Shown piece after piece: positions 16,393-22,339 of a DNA stretch of 26,974 nucleotides. Origin of the DNA: Acidobacteriota bacterium (lineage in GTDB: Bacteria > Acidobacteriota > Blastocatellia > Pyrinomonadales > Pyrinomonadaceae); the NCBI GenBank assembly GCA_013140875.1, contig JABFSB010000248.1, forward strand, positions 1-26,974. The letters run 5' to 3'. The position numbers were made by a program, and so were the translations under genes. The notes below the pieces were generated by a model. That model did not search any database, was not told where the DNA came from, and saw only the letters and a program-made list of their open reading frames with translations. Every line of letters starts with the position of its first letter. The first letter of the stretch is position 1.

Positions 16393-16423
16393 GATGAATC
16401 CGATCTCGACCGGCAAACGAAAC
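16393..16423 (+). promoter_or_regulatory. ECF-sigma promoter (SigK-like) for fasciclin gene
   Basis: Plus strand GATGAATCC-N16-CGAAAC, about 67 nt upstream of ATG 16491. Confidence 0.65.
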
Positions 16424-16490
16424 CTTATTCTGTAACCCCTGCTGAGCTTTTTAAGGTTTAAGGGAAATCTAACAAGGAAGGAAATCAAAA

Positions 16491-17084
16491 ATGAAAAAAT
16501 TTACTTTATCTCTGGTTTTTGCAGTAGGAATGTTCGCGATGGGAAGCATGGCGGTCGTTGCCCAGGACAAGATGGATAAAATGGACAAGATGGAAAAGTC
16601 CGATAATCCGATGGTCGGCGGGGCCGCGATGTACAAAACAAAGGACATCGTCGACAACGCCGTCAATTCGGCTGACCACACGACGCTGGTTGCCGCCGTC
16701 AAGGCCGCGGGCCTTGTCGATACGTTGAAGAGCAAAGGCCCGTTCACCGTTTTTGCTCCGACAAATGCGGCGTTCGACAAGCTCCCGGCCGGTACGGTCG
16801 ATACGCTTGTAAAGCCTGAAAACAAGGCTACTTTAACCAAGATCCTCACTTATCACGTCGTTGCGGGAAATATGGACTCAAAAGCCATAGCAAAGGCGAT
16901 CAAGAAAGGTAACGGAACGGCGTCGCTCACAACGGTTGCGGGCGGAATGCTCAAGGCTTCGATGAGCGGTTCGGACCTGATCCTGACGGACGAAAAAGGC
17001 GGTACTTCGAAGGTCACCATTGCTGACGTTAAGCAATCAAACGGCGTCATACACGTGGTCGACACGGTCTTAATGCCAAACTAA
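16491..17084 (+). CDS. Secreted fasciclin (FAS1, MPT70-like) protein with Met-rich N-terminal segment
   Basis: Signal peptide, then QDKMDKMDKMEK; FAS1 motifs TLVAAVKAAGL, TVFAPTNAAF, ILTYHVV, NGVIHVVDTVLMP; strong SD AAGGAAGG. Confidence 0.95.
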   Translation: MKKFTLSLVFAVGMFAMGSMAVVAQDKMDKMDKMEKSDNPMVGGAAMYKTKDIVDNAVNSADHTTLVAAVKAAGLVDTLKSKGPFTVFAPTNAAFDKLPAGTVDTLVKPENKATLTKILTYHVVAGNMDSKAIAKAIKKGNGTASLTTVAGGMLKASMSGSDLILTDEKGGTSKVTIADVKQSNGVIHVVDTVLMPN

Positions 17085-17106
17085 CTCCCTCGTTTTTTCG
17101 AGTCTC

Positions 17107-17156
17107 GGCCCTTGGTAGATCTTGCCTTTTTAGGTGTTATCGAAGAGGGCCTTTTT
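17107..17156 (+). terminator. Possible weak intrinsic terminator after fasciclin
   Basis: GGCCCT (17107-17112)...AGGGCC (17146-17151) followed by TTTTT; the loop is long and imperfect. Confidence 0.3.
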
Positions 17157-17259
17157 GTGTCTTGAGGGAAATGGCCGGAATAATTTATAAAGGAATGGTG
17201 ATTATCAGTAAACGGCGGTGTGCTCTCCGACGGTTCTTTTTTACTTTGAGGTAAATCAT

Positions 17260-17838
17260 ATGAAATTCAAAACAGGCTTTATTTTCGCACTAATATTATC
17301 GATCACGGCGATCGGATTTGCTCTTGGCTGCGGCCAGTCTTCGGCTTCGAAAAAAGAGGCCGAGGTCACGGCTCCGGAAACCTCGGCGACGCCGTCTAAA
17401 ACAGCGGCGGCATCCTCGACGGCTTCTGACAATGTTTTCGACGGCCAAAAGCTGGTTCGGTCGAACATCGAATGGAAAAAGATTCTCACGCCCGCCCAGT
17501 ACAGCATAATGCGTGAGGAAGGCACAGACATTCCTTACGAAAGCCAATATCACGACAACCACGAAAATGGCGATTACTACTGCGCCGCCTGTCACTTAAA
17601 GCTCTTCAGCTCGGAAACAAAATTCGATTCCGGCACCGGCTGGCCGAGTTTTTATCAGGCGATCAATTCAAAGAATGTAGTCGAAAAAGTTGACAAGAGT
17701 TTGGGCGAAACGCGTACCGAGGTAGAATGTGCCCGCTGCGGAGCACACCTGGGGCACGTTTTCGACGACGGCCCGAAGCCGACCGGCCTGCGCTATTGCA
17801 TGAACGGCACGGCGTTGAAATTCGAAAAGGGGAAATAG
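17260..17838 (+). CDS. msrB: Peptide-methionine (R)-S-oxide reductase MsrB with lipoprotein-like signal peptide
   Basis: SD GAGG then ATG 17260; MKFKTGFIFALILSITAIGFALG-C lipobox-like; YYCAAC, KFDSGTGWPSF, EVECARCGAHLGHVFDDGP, LRYCMN. Confidence 0.95.
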   Translation: MKFKTGFIFALILSITAIGFALGCGQSSASKKEAEVTAPETSATPSKTAAASSTASDNVFDGQKLVRSNIEWKKILTPAQYSIMREEGTDIPYESQYHDNHENGDYYCAACHLKLFSSETKFDSGTGWPSFYQAINSKNVVEKVDKSLGETRTEVECARCGAHLGHVFDDGPKPTGLRYCMNGTALKFEKGK

Positions 17839-17844
17839 GCCTTC

Positions 17845-17941
17845 TTCCCAAAAACTGAAAGGTTAAAACTAAAAGCTGAAAACGGCAGAAAGATTTTCCG
17901 CCGCTTTCAGTTTTTACTTTTTAGGTCTCAGTTTCTGGGAA
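17845..17941. repeat. 97-bp imperfect hairpin built of AAACTGA-like heptamers between convergent msrB and yggX (probable terminator)
   Basis: 47-nt arms 17845-17891 and 17895-17941, 38/47 complementary, 3-nt loop. Confidence 0.75.
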
Positions 17942-17952
17942 AACCAGCCGTT

Positions 17953-18249
17953 TTACCAATTCACTTTCCCCTCTTGTGAAGTATCGATCTGCGCAAGGTC
18001 GACGCCTTCGTTGTAGAAGAAGATCTTCATGTTGTCGAAAAGGAATTGGTGCGAATCGGGATTTGAAACATCAAGGCCGAAGTGGTTTATCAACTGCATC
18101 TGTTTCTTTTGCCACTCGGCCCAGCAGTCTTTGCACATCTCATCGCCGATCTTTTGTCCAAGCTCGGTCGGCACCGGTGCAAAGCCGATGGGCTCGTTTT
18201 TCTGCCCGCAGCGGGCGCATTTGAATTTGTCGTTTCCGAATAATGCCAT
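17953..18249 (-). CDS. yggX: Fe(II)-trafficking / oxidative damage protection protein (YggX family), four-Cys variant
   Basis: P.PTELGQKI....CKDCWAEWQKKQMQLINHFGL...FLFDNMKIFF matches the YggX pattern; CARC and CKDC pairs. Confidence 0.85.
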   Translation of the reverse strand: MALFGNDKFKCARCGQKNEPIGFAPVPTELGQKIGDEMCKDCWAEWQKKQMQLINHFGLDVSNPDSHQFLFDNMKIFFYNEGVDLAQIDTSQEGKVNW

Positions 18250-18262
18250 GTCGAGGATTTTA

Positions 18263-18289
18263 CCACACAGGACACAGAGAGCACGGAGA
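18263..18289 (+). repeat. 9-bp-period CACAGAG repeat, copy 3
   Basis: CCACACAGGACACAGAGAGCACGGAGA; 21/27 identical to copy 2; fills the bcp-yggX spacer and abuts TGgTAAAAT on the minus strand. Confidence 0.7.
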
Positions 18290-18293
18290 TAGG

Positions 18294-18743
18294 CTAGGCG
18301 GCCCGCTTGATCGCCGCAAGCACGTCTTCGTCAGCCTGTCGGAACAAACTCAGCGGCTGCACCTTGTGATACGCAATCTTGCCTTCTTTGTCTATCACGA
18401 CAACGCCGCGTGCCGAGCGTCCCGGCAGCCACGATTTCATTCCGTATAAGGCCGAGACCTTTCCGTCAGGATCGGACAACAATGTCAGCGGCAACTCGTT
18501 CTTCTCGGCAAACCCTTTATGCGATTCGACAGTGTCCGTCGAAATACCGACAACCCCGGCACCCGTTGCTTGATACTCAGACCAATGATCCCGCACCGAA
18601 CACATCTGCGCCGTGCAAACCGGCGTGTTGTCTCCGGGATAGAAAAGCAGCACGACTGTATGTCCTTTGTAATTACTTAGGGACCAATCGCCACCCCCGC
18701 CGTCTTTTAAAGTGAAATCGGGTGCTGTGTCGCCAGTGTTCAT
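18294..18743 (-). CDS. bcp: Peroxiredoxin, Bcp/PrxQ type (2-Cys, CxxxxC)
   Basis: APDFTL, LLFYPGDNTPVCTAQMC (PxxxTxxC peroxidatic motif plus resolving Cys five residues later), VVGISTD, LLSDPDG. Confidence 0.92.
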   Translation of the reverse strand: MNTGDTAPDFTLKDGGGGDWSLSNYKGHTVVLLFYPGDNTPVCTAQMCSVRDHWSEYQATGAGVVGISTDTVESHKGFAEKNELPLTLLSDPDGKVSALYGMKSWLPGRSARGVVVIDKEGKIAYHKVQPLSLFRQADEDVLAAIKRAA

Positions 18744-18756
18744 GAATTTGTCTGCC

Positions 18757-19122
18757 TTAGTCTGTTATGTATGCTCGGTTTACACGACCGTTTTCCTGTT
18801 CAAATTCTATATGCAGGTAGTGTATCCAAGGTCCATTGTTCGCCCCGCCAAGCCAAGCCCCTGGGTCTGTGAAGTATTCGAAGGAGCCCACCCTATCAAT
18901 ATTTTCCGGTTCACCCAACCTACTACGAAGCTCGTCAGACGACTTACCCGCCAATAGATCCCTCGTTAATAGATCATTTGTCATTCGCCCTCGTTCACGA
19001 AGATCTCGTGTTTTCCACTTCGTCGCGTCGAATTGAACATTGTTTGCCTTAAAGTCACGAGTGCAACTGCCTAAGAAAAAGCAGCAAATGGCGAGGAAAG
19101 CAAATGGAACTCGATGCTTCAT
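18757..19122 (-). CDS. Hypothetical lipoprotein (possible SmpA/BamE-like fold)
   Basis: Lipobox LGS-C; FDATKWK...R.RM..DLL...L.GKS.DELR..LGEP pattern. Confidence 0.7.
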   Translation of the reverse strand: MKHRVPFAFLAICCFFLGSCTRDFKANNVQFDATKWKTRDLRERGRMTNDLLTRDLLAGKSSDELRSRLGEPENIDRVGSFEYFTDPGAWLGGANNGPWIHYLHIEFEQENGRVNRAYITD

Positions 19123-19123
19123 T

Positions 19124-19203
19124 TAAGTCTCTAATTTCCTTGAATGGCACTCATTATCCGTAAAAAATCCGGTAAGTACCGTTATGCCGATTCATTGTGC
19201 ATC
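19124..19203 (-). pseudogene. Decayed copy C of the 3' end of the PflX-like radical SAM gene
   Basis: Minus strand reads GAA TCG GCA TAA CGG TAC TTA CCG GAT TTT..ACG GAT AAT GAG..CCA TTC AAG GAA ATT AGA GAC TTA = ESA*RYLPDF/TDNE/PFKEIRDL versus intact ESASLYYRPDFTDADKPFRDIRDF; small indels and a stop. Confidence 0.75.
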
Positions 19204-19223
19204 TACCAAAATGATTTCGGGCT

Positions 19224-20020
19224 TTACTGTTTCTCTTTCGGAGCCGCGATTTCTTTCAGGGCTGTTTTAGCATTTAGTCCTGATACCACCGTTTTTCCCG
19301 TTTTCTGTTCCAACTCCAACCTTGCCACGCGGGCCACATTACCGCCCTGCTGGGCTACGGTTTTATTTTCGTCAAAGGTTTTCGGATCGGTCGCCTGCGA
19401 AATATCCTTTGTCGAGGCTTCTGCAAGCATGTTCAGGATCAACTCCGTATTGGTCATATTGTCACGGAGGTTTTCTTTTTTCAGGTCCTTAAGCGTTTTA
19501 TATTCCTTCGTGTTTTTGCCCGACCACGTTTTAGTGATGATGTCTGTAAGCGTCGCAAACTGCATGCCTTCTTTCATTCCGCGCCGTTTCCATTCGTCTG
19601 TCAGCTCTTTGCGTATCTCGATGCTTTTCAGACGCTGATTGATCCAGTTTCGGAATAGCCGAGTTTTAGATATTGCTCCAAAGCCCTGTCGATGGTCAGT
19701 TCAGGGTCCTGCATTTCATCAAGACGCTCTTTGCCAAGTTGAGCGAGCCAGAGTTTGAAAAGCTCTGCTTTTGGCGATGGAATAGACTGGATAAGCCTGA
19801 ATATCTGTTCGGTGTTTGCAACGTCGGTAAGCCGCATCTTGCCGTCAGGTGCGGGCATTTTCAAAGCGTTACAATTTGTAACGGTTTCATTTCCTTCGTC
19901 TTTTAGTCTCTTTTTTAAAACACGCCAATAGACCTTGGGATTGGGACTCTCGGTAAGTACAGCAACAACATCTACAATTGCCAAGTACCACTTCTCTTGC
20001 TCATGATCCCAGAGAGATCT
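19224..20020 (-). pseudogene. BRO-N domain (antirepressor-like) gene, 5'-truncated and split by a 1-bp frameshift
   Basis: RSLWDHEQEKWYLAIVDVVAVLTES...KVYWRVLKKRL...PSPKAE continues into WINQRLKSIEIRKELTDEW...NLRDNMTNTELILNMLAE only if one A is added at GAAAC (19648-19650). An in-frame TAA lies just upstream of RSLW and no native start is left. Confidence 0.85.
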
Positions 20021-20105
20021 CGAATATCCTTAATTGGCTTATCTTTATCCACAAAATCCGGCCGTAGTATAGCGAAGCCGATTCGAGTTCCTGCATAAGT
20101 CCTTA
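20017..20105 (-). pseudogene. Decayed copy A of the 3' end of the PflX-like radical SAM gene
   Basis: Minus strand MQELESASLYY(R,-1bp)PDFVDKDKPIKDIRD versus intact MQEFESASLYYRPDFTDADKPFRDIRD: 22/27 aa identical, about 61/81 nt, with most differences at synonymous third positions. Confidence 0.92.
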
Positions 20106-20114
20106 TCTATATAG

Positions 20115-20405
20115 CTATGCAAATAGCTCATCCAAATCTCTCGCAGCGTAAAGAACGCGAACAATTGCGACTTTTCCGCCCCAAAGTCGGTAGAAGATCA
20201 AATAATTATCTTCGGGAAAACTGCGTAGCTCTTCTTTTAGTTCCGGGCGTTCGCGTCCTGCCTGGGTGTTATCGGCCAGCATTTCGAAAAGATCGGTTAG
20301 GCGGTTGTTAAAGACGAGGGCGGCGTCCAGATTATCTGTGGCAATGTAGATCAGAATTTCATCAATGTCCTTCTCGGCCTGAGCGGTAATAATATATTTA
20401 GCCAT
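20115..20405 (-). CDS. parE: Type II TA toxin, RelE/ParE family
   Basis: YIITAQAEKDIDEI..YIA.DN..AA..F...L......LA..P/T..GR.RPEL...LRSFP...YLIFY......V.IVRVL..ARD pattern; overlaps parD by 8 bp. Confidence 0.93.
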   Translation of the reverse strand: MAKYIITAQAEKDIDEILIYIATDNLDAALVFNNRLTDLFEMLADNTQAGRERPELKEELRSFPEDNYLIFYRLWGGKVAIVRVLYAARDLDELFA

Positions 20406-20664
20406 TTTGCCGTTTCATTCTGAGCAGCCGATCCTTGAATTCCGACATAACCTCGTTTCCATCCCGAATCCGTCCCCCCTCAAGATCATCAATGCCTTTT
20501 TGAATCTCAATACGAAGAGATTCGAGTTTCTTCTCACGCATCTCGTCACGCTGATGCAAGAGCCGGATGCCCTCGCGCACAACCTCACTAGCTGAGTTGT
20601 AAAGACCGCCTTTGACCTTTAGCTGGACAATATTCTCAAGTTCTGGTGTTAGGGAAACATTCAT
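20398..20664 (-). CDS. parD: Type II TA antitoxin, ParD/CopG-Arc-MetJ (RHH) family
   Basis: MNVSLTPELE..V..KV..G.YNSASEVVREGIRLL...L..LR.EIQKG; SD GGAG. Confidence 0.93.
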   Translation of the reverse strand: MNVSLTPELENIVQLKVKGGLYNSASEVVREGIRLLHQRDEMREKKLESLRIEIQKGIDDLEGGRIRDGNEVMSEFKDRLLRMKRQNG

Positions 20665-20727
20665 GATAAAACTCCATTCTAAGTTTTAATAATATATAAC
20701 ATACATTAGCATGAATAGCAATCTTTG

Positions 20728-21747
20728 TTATTGAAAATCACGAATATCACGAAATGGCTTGTCCGCATCGGTGAAATCCGGACGATAATACAGCGAGGCC
20801 GATTCGAATTCCTGCATAAAGCCTTCTTCCATTCCTAGGTCTTCCAAAAGTGACAGGGCCTGGAGCCATTCGGCTTCGGAGATGCGGCGGGACAATAGGA
20901 TATAGCGCTCGTCGGTGGAAGCTTTGTTGGTTGCGTAGTATTGGGCCATTAAAGAGATCGCTGTTTTGGGGGAAAGCTCGTCGCGTATCCAGCGAAGATT
21001 TTCTTCGATCCCGGCGATATCATTTGGCAGGACGAGCAGGCGAATGAGAAGGCCGCGTTTGAGCAGACCGTCTTCACTGAAAACCAGTTCGTCGCCCATC
21101 TGTCGGTGCATTTCTTTTATCGCGGCCCGGGCGTGTTCCTTATAATCGCGAACTTTCGAATACTGAAATCCGGCATCTGAGTCAGCATATTTCAGATCTG
21201 GAAGATAAATATCGACGATGCCATCGAGCAATTTCAAAACCTCGACCGAATCATACGCGTTGGTGTTGTAAACGATCGGCAGCCGCAAACCTTTTTCAGC
21301 CGCGACCAAAATCGCCCTCGCCATCTGCGGTGCGAAATGCGTCGGCGAGACAAAGCCGATGTTATGACAGCCTTTCGATTGCAGTTCCAACATCATCTCG
21401 GCCAGCCGCTGATGCGTAACTTCGTTTTTTTTCTGAGTTTTCCACGTCTGTGAGATTTGATAATTCTGGCAATAAACGCAGCGAAGGTTGCAGTTGCCGA
21501 AAAAAATATTCCCGGCACCGTGCGTGCCCGACAGGCACGGCTCTTCGCCAAAATGCGCCGTGTAAGAAGATACGATCGGCAGGCGGCCGGAATAACACGC
21601 GGCAATCTCGTCGTTCAGCCGATCGTTGCCGCAGTCTTTCGGGCAGACCGTGCAGGAGCGGAGCATTTCCTCAAGCGCGGTTACGCGCTCCTCAAGCTTA
21701 TTCTCCGCCAAGAGTGTTAGATACTTTGGGTTTTGATTTGAACTCAC
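20728..21747 (-). CDS. pflX: PflX-like radical SAM protein (PFL-activating-enzyme-related)
   Basis: CTVCPKDCG, HFGEEPCLSG, GNIFFGNCNLRCVYCQNYQISQ (CxxxCxxC), NIGFVSPTHF, VYNTNAYDS, DIYLPDLKY, LLIRLLVLP; GTG start with SD GGAG. Confidence 0.9.
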   Translation of the reverse strand: MSSNQNPKYLTLLAENKLEERVTALEEMLRSCTVCPKDCGNDRLNDEIAACYSGRLPIVSSYTAHFGEEPCLSGTHGAGNIFFGNCNLRCVYCQNYQISQTWKTQKKNEVTHQRLAEMMLELQSKGCHNIGFVSPTHFAPQMARAILVAAEKGLRLPIVYNTNAYDSVEVLKLLDGIVDIYLPDLKYADSDAGFQYSKVRDYKEHARAAIKEMHRQMGDELVFSEDGLLKRGLLIRLLVLPNDIAGIEENLRWIRDELSPKTAISLMAQYYATNKASTDERYILLSRRISEAEWLQALSLLEDLGMEEGFMQEFESASLYYRPDFTDADKPFRDIRDFQ

Positions 21748-22306
21748 CTGTCTCCAATTTCTTATACTTGCTCGCTACTTCGCTCGGCGACAGCCGTCGG
21801 GCCAATTCCCACGTAAAATCCATTTCGGCATTTATCGTCGCCGTCGCCATCCGTGTTTCGCGCAGCATCAATAGACTGCCGTAGAATAAAAACATTATCC
21901 CGACAATCCCGACCGGAATCGGCAGCCATTTGTAGATATCGAAAATACCCACGATGGCGATCGTCACGCTTGTCAAAATGAAAAAACCGAGACCGTAATA
22001 AAATGTACCCATAGCCCGCTGCAGCAGGCGGGATCGGCTGGTCACTTTGTCGAGCAGATCGACTATAACCTCAACGCGCTTTTCATAAAGCGGCACTTCG
22101 GATTTTTCTTCGGCATAGATCAGTTCACCTAAGCGTATTTCCAACGCTCTTACACGATCGACAACGCGCCCCAGCCGCGTCGACGTCGAAAGCACAAGCG
22201 AACCCGTTGCCGAAATTAAAAGGGCCGGCGTGATCATCGCCGTCAGAAACTCAATGGTCGTGTTTAGATTATTCGGGTTTACGTTGACAATTTCGCCGGC
22301 AAACAT
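21698..22306 (-). CDS. DUF2721 family membrane protein
   Basis: AMITPALLISATGSLVLSTSTRLGRVVDRVR family signature; three TM helices. Confidence 0.85.
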   Translation of the reverse strand: MFAGEIVNVNPNNLNTTIEFLTAMITPALLISATGSLVLSTSTRLGRVVDRVRALEIRLGELIYAEEKSEVPLYEKRVEVIVDLLDKVTSRSRLLQRAMGTFYYGLGFFILTSVTIAIVGIFDIYKWLPIPVGIVGIMFLFYGSLLMLRETRMATATINAEMDFTWELARRLSPSEVASKYKKLETGEFKSKPKVSNTLGGE

Positions 22307-22315
22307 AGTAGGGAA

Positions 22316-22330
22316 ATTCTAAGCTATAAT
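22316..22330. promoter_or_regulatory. Back-to-back -10 hexamers (bidirectional, near-leaderless promoter)
   Basis: Plus TATAAT (22325-22330) and minus TAGAAT (22316-22321), each exactly 9 nt from its ATG, in a 33-bp divergent spacer with no SD. Confidence 0.55.
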
Positions 22331-22339
22331 CAGGCTCAA

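Noticed and set aside
16234-16488. 84-aa minus-strand ORF across the divergent promoter region
   Set aside because: It spans both ECF promoter motifs and has no SD or family signal; only its last 24 codons are kept as a weak uORF candidate.
17162-17191. TTGAGG-N18-TATAAA sigma70 promoter for msrB
   Set aside because: Weak -35 and long spacer in an AT-rich patch; not distinguishable from chance without TSS data. No copy of the ECF motif was found upstream of msrB.
11748-18289. CRISPR array from the dispersed 27-bp repeats
   Set aside because: Copies are kilobases apart or inverted, internally periodic, with no regular spacers and no cas genes.
19144-19638. Plus-strand 164-aa ORF
   Set aside because: Antisense to the BRO-N pseudogene and tail copy C; no family features.
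20030-20052. GTG GAT AAA GAT AAG CCA ATT AAG as the native N-terminus of the BRO gene
   Set aside because: It aligns codon for codon with the pflX tail (VDKDKPIK versus TDADKPFR), so it belongs to remnant A.
20734-20755. ATCACGAAT-ATCACGAAA apparent 9-bp tandem repeat at the pflX 3' end
   Set aside because: It encodes FRDIRDF, and the D-I-R-D pattern is kept at protein level in tail copies A and C with different codons, so it reflects protein sequence rather than a DNA repeat family.
19100-20760. Prophage or integrative element call for the AT-richer islet
   Set aside because: No integrase, transposase, terminal inverted repeats or phage structural genes; a BRO-N gene and a TA pair alone do not make a prophage.
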